A stretch of DNA of 64,000 nucleotides, taken from positions 1 through 64,000 of IMG/VR virus record IMGVR_UViG_3300023174_000112. The stretch is one strand, 5' to 3'. The notes below the pieces were generated by a model. It was not told the origin of the DNA and searched no databases. It saw nothing but the letters and a program-made list of their open reading frames with translations. The DNA is from a virus. The position numbers and the translations under genes were made by a program. Position 1 is the first letter of the stretch; every line of letters starts with the position of its first letter. Below, piece by piece: positions 31,401 through 38,385 of the stretch.

Positions 31401-32755
31401 CTGGCGCAAATGTAACAACTCCTGGACTGATTAGTGCTACAGGCAATATCACTGGTGGCAACTTGATTACCAGTGCTGCTGTCAGTGCTGGTAGTATCAG
31501 TGCAAGTGGCAACGTTGACGGCGGTAATGTCAATACAACAATATTGAGTGCCACTGGCAACATCACAGGTGGCAATGTCAATACTGGTATTTTGAGTGCC
31601 ACAGGCAATGTTCAAGCAGGCAATGTAAATGCAACCAACTTGAGTCTGAGCGGCAATGTTGTGAGTGCATTGAATGTCACAGGCAATGCCACAGCAGGCA
31701 ACGTCATATCTGTTGGTTCTGTCAGTGGTGCAAGTGTTAGTGCAAGTGGCAACATCACTGGTGGTAACGTATTAACTGGTGGATTGAGCCTGAGTGGCAA
31801 TGTGTTGAGTGTTATCAACTCAACTTCAAACATTACCACAAGTGCAAACATTGCTGCCAGCTACTTTATTGGTAATGGTAGCCAATTGACTGGAGTGTCA
31901 GCTAATACTGCCAAGAGAATTGCAAATGGCACATCAAACGTAGACATAGCTGTGGCCAATGGTAACATTACTACCGGTGTAAACGGCACAGCAAACGTTG
32001 TAGTAGTAGCTGACTCAGGACAATATGTTACCGGATTGATTTCAGCAAGTGGTAATGTGACCGGTGGCAACTTGATCACTGGTGCTGCGGTCAGTGCTGG
32101 TAGTGTTAGTGCAAGTGGCAACATCACTGGCGGCAATTTGAATGCAGCTGGATTGAGTCTAAGCTCAAATGTTGTGAGTGCATTGAATGTCACAGGCGAC
32201 ATTGCTGGTGCAAATGTGACCACACCAGGTCTAATTTCTGCAACTGGCAATATTGCTGGCGGTAACGTCAACACTGGCATTTTGAGTGCAACTGGCAATA
32301 TTGTTGGCGGTAACTTGAATGCGGTGGGATTGAGCCTAAGTGGCAATGTCGTTAGCGCATTGAACATCACTGGCAATGCCACAGCAGGCAATATTATATC
32401 TGTTGGGGCTGTCAGCGGTGCAAGTGTCAGCGCAAGTGGTAATGTTATAGCAGGTAACTTGAATGCAGCTGGACTGAGCCTGAGTTCAAACGTTGTGAGT
32501 GCATTGAATGTCACAGCAAACATTGCTGGTGGCAACATTACCACAGCTGGATTGATTTCAGCAACCGGCAACATCACTGGTGGCAACATCAGCATTATTG
32601 GCAACACCGTATCAACCAGCACCAGCACTGGTGCGCTGATTATCACAGCCAGTGGAGGATTAGGAGTTGGTGGCGCAATTTATGCTACTCAAATTTTTGA
32701 TGGTGGATCTCGTGTACTAACTGTTGACAGCACAGTTGATGGCGGTACTTTCTAA
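19487..32755 (+). CDS. Giant repetitive fibre protein (4422 aa)
   Basis: N-terminal ILIKRS..LALGELAINYTDGNLFYKD fibre-attachment-type domain; many GN(I/V)TGGN units; four copies of a ~210-aa DAANKxYVD module. Confidence 0.85.
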   Translation: MANTILIKRSGNVSAQPSGAQLALGELAINYTDGNLFYKDNAGAIQVIASKQFVSVTGNITGGNILTGGLISATGNVTGGNIITAGAISGSSVSVSGNVTGGNLNASGLSLSSNVLSALNSTSNITTTANIAANYFIGNGSQLTGIDATSIQNGNSNVKVYANANVTTSVNGVANVVVVSDTGQYVTGLISATGNIIGGNITTTGSGGNISGANVISGTTLSATGNVNATVVSATGNVIAGNLNAAGLSLSSNVVSALNVTGNIAGANVTTPGLISATGNIAGGNVNTGIVSATGNVQAGNLNAAGLSLSSNVVSTLNVTSNIAGGNLTTPGLISATGNIAGGNVNTGIVSATGNVQSGNVNTGNLSLSGNIISALNVTGNVTGGNIISVAAISGASVSVSGNVDGANVNGTTVSATGNVVAGNVNAGSGSISTTGNVNGGNINTNSIVGTGTAIKSTGDLTLSTTGNVVVNSYINGVTSPVQDSDAANKAYVDSVAQGLDVKASVVYATTVALPAYTYNNGTAGVGATITANTFGTLSIDSSSPSATNRVLIKNETGANEPYNGIYVVTNAGGVGAAFVLTRATDFDNGSPSGEIPGAFTFVEAGSTNADTGWVCTTNSPVVVGTTNIVFAQFSGAGQYTANTSAGLSLIGTQFNAKVDGITTAFDVGGNIIVKASANLTTPNIGAATGTSLSTTGSITGDVVTGNTVSSVGNVIAGNLNAAGLSLSSNVVSNLNVSGNVAGSNITTPGLISATGNIAGGNVNTGIVSATGNVVAGNLNAAGLSLSSNVVSALNVTGDIAGANVTTPGLVSATGNITGGNVNTVLVSASGNVIAGNLNAAGLSLSSNVVSALNVTSNIAGGNLTTPGLISATGNIAGGNVNTTNLSLSGNVVSALNVTGNATAGNIISVGAVSGASVSASGNVDGGNVNTTIVSATGNVIAGNVNATNLSLSGNVVSALNITGNATAGNLISVAAISGASVSASGNITGGNLNAAGLSLSSNVVSALNSTSNITTTANIAANYFIGNGSQLTGIDATSIQNGNSNVKVYANGNVTTSVNGTANVLVVTDTGLNVTGTISSNGNVTGGNIITSAAVSAGSVSASGNITGGNLNAAGLSLSSNVVSSLNVTGDVAGANVTTPGLVSATGNITGGNVNTTNLSLSGNVISGLNVTGNATAGNVISVGAISGASVSSNGNVTGGNLITTAAVSAGSVSSSGNVTGGNIITSAAVSAGSVSASGNVTGGNLNAAGLSLSSNVVSDLNVTSNIAAGNVTTPGLISATGNVASGNVNTGNLSLSGNVISNLNVTGNATAGNIISVGAISGSSVSVSGNVTGGNLNASGLSLSGNVLSAINSTSNITTTANISANYYIGNGSQLTGVSADTAKRIANGTSNVDIAVAGGNITTGVNGTANVIVVSDGGQYVTGLISANGNITGGNLLTSGNVRTENIVNPTANTSIGMGNGSGIVVITSAGNSTQFKPGGQVELGGASQIIGGTFGGSGVTLGGSQTDIFQNRGGNVTVQVGTGGTIANTWTFAQDGSFSSPGAISAVGNVTGGNLNAAGLSLSSNVVSNLNVTSNIAGGNVTTPGLISATGNIAGGNVNTTIVSATGNVVAGNLNAAGLSLSSNVVSNLNVTSNIAGGNVTTPGLISATGNVTGGNIITSAAVSAGSVSASGNIDGGNLNAAGLSLSSNVVSNLNVTGQIAGSNITTPGLISATGNITGGNLITSAAVSAGSVSASGNVTGGNLNAAGLSLSSNVVSNLNVTANIAGGNLTTPGLISATGNVQAGNVNTTNLSLSGNVVSGLNVTGNITGGNIISIAAISGASVSVSGNVDGANVNATTVSATGNVIGANVNATTLSAIGNVIAGNVNTNTVVGTGTTIKSTGDLTLSSTGNVVVNSYINGVTTPVQDSDAANKAYVDSVAQGLDVKASVVYATTAPLPAYTYNNGTAGVGATITANAFGALSIDSSSPSATNRVLIKNETGANQPYNGIYLVTNAGSAGAAFVLTRATDFDNGSPSGEIPGAFTFVEDGPVNADTGWVCTTNSPVTVGTTNIVFAQFSGAGQYTANTSAGLSLIGTQFNAKVDNDTTAFDVSGNIIVKAGANLTTPNIGAATGTSLSTTGNITGNVLFGNTVSSVGNVISGNVNTGNISLSGNVISNLTVTGQVTGSNIYSNGYISASGTIDTLGNIGGGNLNTGGLVSATGNVRGGNITTANAVTAGSVSASGNVTGGNVLTGGLISSTGNITGSNVNTGIVSATGNVVAGNLNAAGLSLSSNVVSALNVTGNIAGANVTTPGLISATGNVTSGNVNTGIVSATGNIIGGNLNAVGLSLSGNVISALNVTGNVNAGNVNATANIYTDGYIYANTEIGGANIISPGFVSANGNIIGGNVKTGNLSLSGNVLSAINSTSNITTSANIAANYFIGNGSQLTGLPSPNKIYNGTSEANIGTANGNANISINGTSNVAVFSQDGLAVTGTVSSSGNITTGGSIITGGTGTGNITGANVVSAITLSATGNVIGGNVNAGQLSVSGNVISPLDVTGNITAGNIISVAAVSGASVSASGNITGGNLNAAGLSLTSNVVSALNVTGNIAGGNVTTPGLISATGNVTGGNVNATNLSLSGNVVSALNVTGNATAGNIISIAAISGASVSASGNITGGNVNTGIVSATGNIEGGNINATTLSATGNVNGGNVNTNNVVGTGTTIKSTGDLNLSATGNVVVNSYINNVTTPVQDSDAANKGYVDSVAQGLDPKASVAYATTGALPAYTYNNGTSGVGATITANTNGALSIDSSSPGVTNRVLVKNETGANAPYNGIYVVTDTGGAGSPFILTRASDFNQPSEIPSAFTFVEDGPTNADTGWVCTTNAPVTIGTTNIVFSQFSGAGQYTANTSAGLSLTGTVFSAKVDQNTTAFDGSGNIIVKANANLTTPNIGAATGTSLSTTGNITGNVLIGNTISTTGNVIAGNLNAAGLSLSSNVVSNLNVTGVIAGANVTTPGLVSATGNITGGNVNTGIVSASGNVQAGNLNAAGLSLSSNVVSDLNVTSNITGGNVQAVSLLKTNNFSISGNVTGDLLPSANITYDLGSSTQRWKDLWLSGTSIKLGAQTISANATAVSVGATTDIAANNVTAVSQVSGATVSASGNVTGGNVLTGGLISATGNVTGGNLVTGAAVSAGSVSASGNVTGGNIVTSAAVSAGSVSASGNVTGGNLNAAGLSLSSNVVSALNVTGDIAGANVTTPGLISATGNVTGGNIVTSAAVSAGSVSASGNVTGGNLNASGLSLSGNVLSVINSTSNITTTGNIAANYLLGNIAYANGYSASKIYNGVSEVNIGIANGNANISINGSSNVAVFSTSGLDITGTISANGNITGGNLNATNLSLSGNVVSALNITGNATAGNIISVAAISGASVSASGNVQAGNVNATGLSLSGNVVSALNITGNATAGNIISVAAISGASVSASGNITGGNVNTGILSATGNIEGGNINATTLSATGNVNGGNVNTNSIVGTSTTIKSTGDLNLSATGNVVVNSYINGVTAPVQDTDAANKAYVDSVAQGLDVKASVLYATTTALPAYTYNNGTAGVGATITANAFGTLSIDSSSPSATSRVLIKNETGANAPYNGIYLVTNAGGAGAAFVLTRATDFDNGSPSGEIPGAFTFVEDGPTNADTGWVCTTNAPVTVGTTNIVFAQFSGAGQYTANTSAGLSLIGTQFNAKVDNNTTAFDVSGNIIVKASANLTTPNIGAATGTSLSTTGNITGDVVIGNVISTTGNVIAGNLNAAGLSLSSNVVSNLNVSGNVAGSNITTPGLISATGNVTGGNVITSAAVSAGSMSASGNITGGNLNAAGLSLSSNVVSNLNVTANIAGGNVTTAGLVSATGNITGGNLITSAAVNAGSVSASGNVNGGNIISAAAISGASVSASGNVDGGNVNTTILSATGNIIGGNLNAAGLSLSSNVVSALNVTGAIAGANVTTPGLISATGNITGGNLITSAAVSAGSISASGNVDGGNVNTTILSATGNITGGNVNTGILSATGNVQAGNVNATNLSLSGNVVSALNVTGNATAGNVISVGSVSGASVSASGNITGGNVLTGGLSLSGNVLSVINSTSNITTSANIAASYFIGNGSQLTGVSANTAKRIANGTSNVDIAVANGNITTGVNGTANVVVVADSGQYVTGLISASGNVTGGNLITGAAVSAGSVSASGNITGGNLNAAGLSLSSNVVSALNVTGDIAGANVTTPGLISATGNIAGGNVNTGILSATGNIVGGNLNAVGLSLSGNVVSALNITGNATAGNIISVGAVSGASVSASGNVIAGNLNAAGLSLSSNVVSALNVTANIAGGNITTAGLISATGNITGGNISIIGNTVSTSTSTGALIITASGGLGVGGAIYATQIFDGGSRVLTVDSTVDGGTF
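20926..30754 (+). repeat. Four dispersed copies of a ~640-bp module (about 20926-21568, 25211-25852, 27688-28321, 30112-30754)
   Basis: Each copy encodes PVQDxDAANKxYVDSVAQGLD...NADTGWVCTTN...TPNIGAATGTSLS. Confidence 0.9.
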
Positions 32756-32764
32756 ATTGGAACT

Positions 32765-32800
32765 AACTCTGGCGCTCAAAATATTGCCAGAGTTGCTTCT
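32765..32800 (+). terminator. Possible hairpin/terminator after the giant fibre gene
   Basis: AACTCTGGC...GCCAGAGTT inverted repeat followed by a pyrimidine-rich tract. Confidence 0.5.
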
Positions 32801-32821
32801 TTAAAGTGATAAGTACACCGT

Positions 32822-34906
32822 ATGACTAACACAGTATTAATCAAACGCTCAGCCACAGCAAATGCAGTGCCCACGTCAGGGCAGTTAGCCAACGGCGAAA
32901 TTGCCATAAATTACGCCGACGGCAACTTGTTTTTTAAAGATTCTGGCGGATCAGTACAAACACTGGCCAGCCAAAAATTTGTTTCAGTTTCGGGCAACAT
33001 CACCGGTGGCAACGTCAACACTGGCATTGTCAGTGCCACAGGTAATGTCACAGCAGGCAATCTAAATGCTGCCGGATTGAGTTTGAGCTCAAATGTTGTT
33101 GGTGCATTGGTATCTGCCGCAAATATCACCACAACTGCCAACATTGCAGGTGGGTATTTTATTGGCAACGGCTCACAACTGACCGGATTGCCTGCGTCAT
33201 ACAGCAATGCCAATGTTGCCACACTGCTCTCTAATTTTGGTTCAAACGTCATTTCAACAACTGGAAATGTCACAACTGGTAACCTGACAGTCAACGGCAA
33301 CATCACTTATGTCAACAGCAATGTTGTTACCATAAACGACAAATTTATCAATGTGGCCAACAATGCAGCCACTGCCGGTGCTGCCAATGGCGGTGGACTG
33401 GGGGTAGGCCCTGTGGACGCTGAATATGCCACACTTACATTCAACAATGGTACCACAGCCTGGAACACCAACATTCCACTCAGTGTCAACGGCAATGTTG
33501 CCGGCAGTTACTTTGTGGGCAATGGATCAGCGTTGACCAGTATCACAGGTGCCAATGTTACTGGTACTGTGGCCAATGCTACCTATGCGGTCAGTGCTGG
33601 TAGTGCTGGATCAGCTATCACAGCAGAACAAATAACCTATGCCATTCAATCCAATATCACAGGAGTTGGCACACTGGGCAATTTGAGTGTGTCGGGCAAC
33701 ACCACAGTTGGTAACTTGAGCACTGGTGGATTTGTATCAGCCACAGGCAACATCACCGGCAGTTATTTCATTGGCAATGGTTCATTGTTAACAGGCATTG
33801 CCGTATCAAGTTATGGCAATGCCAATGTGGTGGCCAATCTTGCCGCACTGGGTAGCAATCCAATATCAACTACTGGCAACGTAACTGGTGGTAACGTATT
33901 AGGCGGAGCCAACGTTAATGCCACACTGTTTACAGGTACCACTGTGTCAGTAACTGGCAACATCACTGGTGGTAACGTATTAGGCGGAGCCAACGTTAAT
34001 GCCACAACACACACCGGTACCACTGTTTCAGTAACTGGTAATATAACTGGTGGTAATATTTTAGGTGGAGCCAACGTCAATGCCACCACACACACAGGCA
34101 CTACAGTAAGTGTAACTGGTAATATCACCGGCGGTAACATATCCACTGCTGGTATATTGTCTGGAGCAAATAATTTCATAATCAACGCACCCAGCCCAAG
34201 TGCTGAAGGTGCGCAGATTGTTATGGCCTGGGCCAATATTAGTGGATTGGTTGGACAAGCCAATTCTACTTGGAATCTTGATGTTGATGCCACCAACAAC
34301 TTCCGTATTTTTTATCAAAATGCCACAGGTGGTACAGCAGTTCCGATCACTATCACACAAAGTACCAATGCTATAAGCATGATTGGCGCACTGTCAGCGG
34401 CCAGTCTGTCAGTATCCACTGGCAACGTTACTTTAGGCAACATTGTCAATGCAGGCGCCAATGGGGTGGGTAATATTGGAACAGTAGGCGGATATTTCAA
34501 CACTGTGTTTGCCAAAGCCACATCAGCACAATACGCTGACTTGGCAGAATATTACTCAGCAGACGCTGAATATGAACCTGGAACTGTGGTTAGTTTTGGT
34601 GGCGTTCAAGAAATCACAATGTGTACAGCAATCAATGATCCACGGGTAGCCGGGGTAATATCTACAAATCCTGCGCATGTGATGAATTCAGGACTTGACA
34701 GTGAACATGTGGCCACAGTGGCTCTGACCGGGCGAGTGCCTACCTTGGTAATAGGCCCAGTATTGCCTGGTGATATGATGGTTTCAGCAGGCGGCGGCCG
34801 AGCAAAAGCCTGTGCAACTCCTGCCATGGGCACAGTGATCGGAAAGGCCTTGCAAGCACACCCTGGTGGACAGGGTGTAATTGAAGTTGTAATTGGCAGA
34901 ATATAA
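32822..34906 (+). CDS. Tail fibre/spike with a C-terminal intramolecular-chaperone (peptidase G2-like) domain
   Basis: N-terminus paralogous to the 19487 ORF; C-terminal SAQYADLAEYY..GTVVSFGG..VISTNPA..VALTGRVP..IGKAL. Confidence 0.75.
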   Translation: MTNTVLIKRSATANAVPTSGQLANGEIAINYADGNLFFKDSGGSVQTLASQKFVSVSGNITGGNVNTGIVSATGNVTAGNLNAAGLSLSSNVVGALVSAANITTTANIAGGYFIGNGSQLTGLPASYSNANVATLLSNFGSNVISTTGNVTTGNLTVNGNITYVNSNVVTINDKFINVANNAATAGAANGGGLGVGPVDAEYATLTFNNGTTAWNTNIPLSVNGNVAGSYFVGNGSALTSITGANVTGTVANATYAVSAGSAGSAITAEQITYAIQSNITGVGTLGNLSVSGNTTVGNLSTGGFVSATGNITGSYFIGNGSLLTGIAVSSYGNANVVANLAALGSNPISTTGNVTGGNVLGGANVNATLFTGTTVSVTGNITGGNVLGGANVNATTHTGTTVSVTGNITGGNILGGANVNATTHTGTTVSVTGNITGGNISTAGILSGANNFIINAPSPSAEGAQIVMAWANISGLVGQANSTWNLDVDATNNFRIFYQNATGGTAVPITITQSTNAISMIGALSAASLSVSTGNVTLGNIVNAGANGVGNIGTVGGYFNTVFAKATSAQYADLAEYYSADAEYEPGTVVSFGGVQEITMCTAINDPRVAGVISTNPAHVMNSGLDSEHVATVALTGRVPTLVIGPVLPGDMMVSAGGGRAKACATPAMGTVIGKALQAHPGGQGVIEVVIGRI

Positions 34907-34973
34907 TGAACACAACTTTAAATCTCATTTTGACGCTAAATATACCAGTTACTAAAATACAGGAAGAACAAGT

Positions 34974-35135
34974 ATGTCATCAGGACCTTTAACATTTGGA
35001 CCCGGGATTGTGATTGAAGCCGGCGGCATTCAAGCAGGCCCAGATGTCATTGTGATAAATTTTGAGTATCTTATAACCGAAACCGGCGATTTTTTAATGA
35101 CTGAAGCTGGTGAGTATTTAGGCACCGAACAATAA
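34974..35135 (+). CDS. Small 53-aa acidic protein, not in the ORF track
   Basis: Translated by hand: MSSGPLTFGPGIVIEAGGIQAGPDVIVINFEYLITETGDFLMTEAGEYLGTEQ. SD AGGAAG and TAAATA lie upstream; LxTExG repeats. Confidence 0.7.
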   Translation: MSSGPLTFGPGIVIEAGGIQAGPDVIVINFEYLITETGDFLMTEAGEYLGTEQ

Positions 35136-35145
35136 TAGGAATATC

Positions 35146-38100
35146 ATGACAACAGTGGCAATTTCAGCCTTACCGGCAACAAATACAGTAGATGCAACCA
35201 CAGTTGCTCCAGTGGTTTACAATGGTTCAACATACAAAGCCACACTGACAACACTAGGTGCGTTTATCAATACCAATGCTGCCACAGTGTCAGCTAGTGG
35301 TAATATCACAGGTGGCAACTTAAATGCTGCTGGATTGAGCCTAAGCAGCAATGTTGTATCAGCACTCAATGTGACAGCAAATATTGCTGGCGGCAATGTA
35401 ACAACCCCTGGACTGATCAGTGCCACTGGCAACATCACAGGTGGCAACATTTTAGGTGGTGCCAACGTCAATGCTACTACACATACAGGTGCCACAGTTT
35501 CAGTAACTGGCAACATCACTGGTGGCAACTTAAATGCCGCTGGGTTGAGCCTGAGTTCAAACGTTGTGAGTGCATTGAATTCTACATCGAATATCACCAC
35601 TTCGGCCAACATCAGCGGCAGTTATTTCCTGGGCAATGGTAGTCAATTAACTGGTATTGACGCCACTAGCATACAAAACGGCACCAGCAACGTGCGTGTG
35701 CTAAGTTCAGGTGGCAATGTTTCAGTTGGTATTGGTGGAACATCAAATGTGGCAGTGTTTGCTACCACAGGTGAATATGTCACTGGTGAGATAAGTGCAA
35801 GTGGTAATGTAACCGGTGGCAACTTGATCACATCAGCAGCCATTTCAGGTGCAAGTGTCAGTGCGTCAGGCAATGTCACAAGTGGCAATTTAAACGCCGC
35901 AGGGTTAAGTTTGTCAAGCAATGTTGTTTCCGCACTCAATGTTACAGCAAACATTGCTGGTGGCAATGTACGCGGCTCAAGTTTGACTGGTAACGTAATA
36001 TCAGTATCAGGCAATATCACTGGTGCCAATATCATTGGGATTATTGCAGCTGGTTCCAACGCAATCACCACAACTGGCAACATCACCGGTGGTAACTTGA
36101 TCACTGGTGCCGCGGTCAGTGCTGCTTCTGTGAGTGTCAGTGGCAATATCACTGGCGGCAATATAGATGTTGGCACAGGCAACATCACTGGTGGCAACAT
36201 CAGTCTCAGTGGCAACAGCATTCCTGCCAATTTATTAACTGGTGGTGTTGTCAGCGCCACAGGCAATGTCACTGGCGGCAACATCATTGGTACCACAGCA
36301 GTTGTGGTGCCCACAGTTCGCAATACCGCTGCACTCACAATCAGCACCAGTGCAGGCAATTTGAATTTGAGCCCAACTGGCAATATTGTGGTCAACAGCA
36401 AGTACATCAATGGTGTCACAGATCCTGTGCAAGATCAAGACGTTGCTACTAAAAAATATGTTGATAATTTTGCCACAACTGGCATTGCATATCACACTCC
36501 AGTGGCAGCAGCCACCACTACAACAATGGCCGCTGCTACAGGTGGTACAATCTCATACACTCAACCTAATGGTGCAGGCAATGGCGTTGGTGCATTGTTG
36601 ACCACAACTGGTGCATTCAACTTGATTGACACTGCTAATGTGCAGACTGTTGGAACACGTATCCTGGTCAAGAATGAAGCCAATGCTGTATACAACGGGG
36701 TGTATACCTGGGCCAATGCCACCAACATTGTTCGCGCCACTGATGCAGACGAATACGGACCAGACTCAATCATAGCGTTGAGTATAAATGATTATTTCTT
36801 TACCTCAGGCGGCAACGTCAATGCAGGTTCTGCTTTTGTGGTCAGCGAACCCTCGGGCACAATCACTTTTGGCACCAGCAACATCACATTCAGCACTTTT
36901 AGTACCAGCCAAGTGTACACAGCCAACACTTCAGCTGGTGTCAGCCTAAACGGCACAGTGATCAATGCCAAAGTTGATGGCACCACAACTGCATTTGACG
37001 GCGGCGGCAACATTGCCGTTAAAGCGTCGGCTGTATTGACCACTCCCAATATTGGTGCTGCCACAGGTACAAGTTTAAGCGTCACTGGCAACATCACAGG
37101 TGGCAACGTTAATGTAAGCAGAATTGTGAATGGCACCAGTGAACTTGCTATTGCTGCCAACGCCAACACCACAATCAAAGTAGGTGGCGATGTGGCAGCA
37201 GTATTCAGCGGATCACTGCTTGATTTGAGCCAATTGCCCGGCTACCGTATCAGCGCAACTGGCAATATTTCAGGCGCCAACTTGAACGTTGCATCCGGCG
37301 GCAAGGTTGGTGTGGGCACAGCCACTCCTGATGCAGCAGTTACGATTGTGGCCACTCCACAAACTGTGGTTTACCCAATAACTGGCAACAGTACTGCAGA
37401 GGGTACAGACTTGCACATTTCTGGTTCTAACAGTACAATCACCCGCATCACACAAGATGCATTTGGTACCTCAAATTATCCAGCATTCACTGGACGATCT
37501 TCCAGAGGCACAGCCGCCGCACCCACTCAATCACAACTCAATGACGTGTTGAATCAGTTCACTGCACGTGGTTTCAGCAATGGTACACTGCAATTTGGCA
37601 ATGCATCATCTGGACGATTGGACGTTGTTGCAGCTGAAGCCTTCACTGATACCAGCAGAGCTACCAAGTTGATAGTGTATACCACTCCAGTTGGTTCTAT
37701 TACACCAGTTGCCACTGCGCTGTTTGACAGCACAGGTGCATTCAGTGTAACAGGCAACATCACCGGTGGCAACGTAATTACCGGCGGAGCATTGAGTGCG
37801 GCATCATTGAGCCTAAGTGGTGCCAGTCAAGCAGCCAGTTACAGTGCAGGCACTGGCAACATCACTGGTGGCAACATTGTCAACGGAGGTGCCAACGGTG
37901 TAGGCAACATTGGTAATGCCACAACTTATTTCAACACAGTGTTTGCCAAAGCCACATCAGCACAATACGCTGACTTGGCAGAAAAATACACAGCTGACGC
38001 AGAATATGCATCAGGCACTGTGTTGAGTTTTGGCGGCGCCCAAGAAGTCACTGTAACGTTGATTGACGCAGATCATCGTGTGGCAGGTGTTGTGTCCACC

Positions 38101-38340
38101 AATCCTGCTACCATCATGAATGCAGGTCTAATTGGTGAACATGTGGCCACAGTGGCACTAACTGGTCGTGTACCATGTTCAGTAACAGGCACAGTGCGCA
38201 AAGGCGACAGCATGGTGTCAGCTGGCAATGGTGTTGCTAGAGCAGAAGCCAATCCTGCTGTAAGCACAGTGATTGGTAAAGCTCTTGCTGATTTTGACGG
38301 CGAGTCAGGCGTGATTGAAATTGTAGTTGGACGAGTCTAA
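35146..38340 (+). CDS. Tail fibre/spike (1064 aa) with a C-terminal intramolecular-chaperone domain
   Basis: N-terminal ISALPA motif, GN repeats, a DVATKKYVD module and a C-terminal YADLAEKY..VALTGRVP..IGKAL domain. Confidence 0.75.
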   Translation: MTTVAISALPATNTVDATTVAPVVYNGSTYKATLTTLGAFINTNAATVSASGNITGGNLNAAGLSLSSNVVSALNVTANIAGGNVTTPGLISATGNITGGNILGGANVNATTHTGATVSVTGNITGGNLNAAGLSLSSNVVSALNSTSNITTSANISGSYFLGNGSQLTGIDATSIQNGTSNVRVLSSGGNVSVGIGGTSNVAVFATTGEYVTGEISASGNVTGGNLITSAAISGASVSASGNVTSGNLNAAGLSLSSNVVSALNVTANIAGGNVRGSSLTGNVISVSGNITGANIIGIIAAGSNAITTTGNITGGNLITGAAVSAASVSVSGNITGGNIDVGTGNITGGNISLSGNSIPANLLTGGVVSATGNVTGGNIIGTTAVVVPTVRNTAALTISTSAGNLNLSPTGNIVVNSKYINGVTDPVQDQDVATKKYVDNFATTGIAYHTPVAAATTTTMAAATGGTISYTQPNGAGNGVGALLTTTGAFNLIDTANVQTVGTRILVKNEANAVYNGVYTWANATNIVRATDADEYGPDSIIALSINDYFFTSGGNVNAGSAFVVSEPSGTITFGTSNITFSTFSTSQVYTANTSAGVSLNGTVINAKVDGTTTAFDGGGNIAVKASAVLTTPNIGAATGTSLSVTGNITGGNVNVSRIVNGTSELAIAANANTTIKVGGDVAAVFSGSLLDLSQLPGYRISATGNISGANLNVASGGKVGVGTATPDAAVTIVATPQTVVYPITGNSTAEGTDLHISGSNSTITRITQDAFGTSNYPAFTGRSSRGTAAAPTQSQLNDVLNQFTARGFSNGTLQFGNASSGRLDVVAAEAFTDTSRATKLIVYTTPVGSITPVATALFDSTGAFSVTGNITGGNVITGGALSAASLSLSGASQAASYSAGTGNITGGNIVNGGANGVGNIGNATTYFNTVFAKATSAQYADLAEKYTADAEYASGTVLSFGGAQEVTVTLIDADHRVAGVVSTNPATIMNAGLIGEHVATVALTGRVPCSVTGTVRKGDSMVSAGNGVARAEANPAVSTVIGKALADFDGESGVIEIVVGRV

Positions 38341-38353
38341 CTGCAACACCCAC

Positions 38354-38385
38354 AAAAAAACCCGCTTAGGCGGGTTTTTCTTTTT
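38354..38385. terminator. Bidirectional intrinsic terminator
   Basis: AAAAAAACCCGC-TTAG-GCGGGTTTTT between convergent genes; overlaps the NUDIX stop codon. Confidence 0.85.

Noticed and set aside
11770-32755. CRISPR-like array
   Set aside because: The repeats are in-frame coding repeats with degenerate third positions and no unique spacers; no cas genes are present.
11116-38267. Many long minus-strand ORFs (MLPVAL/TLPP-rich) opposite the fibre genes
   Set aside because: They are shadow frames produced by the repetitive Gly/Asn/Val/Thr codons on the plus strand, and they lack promoters or SDs.
10829-38340. Diversity-generating retroelement template/variable repeat pairs
   Set aside because: No reverse transcriptase in the window. 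The repeat copies I compared differ mainly at synonymous positions, not specifically at adenines.
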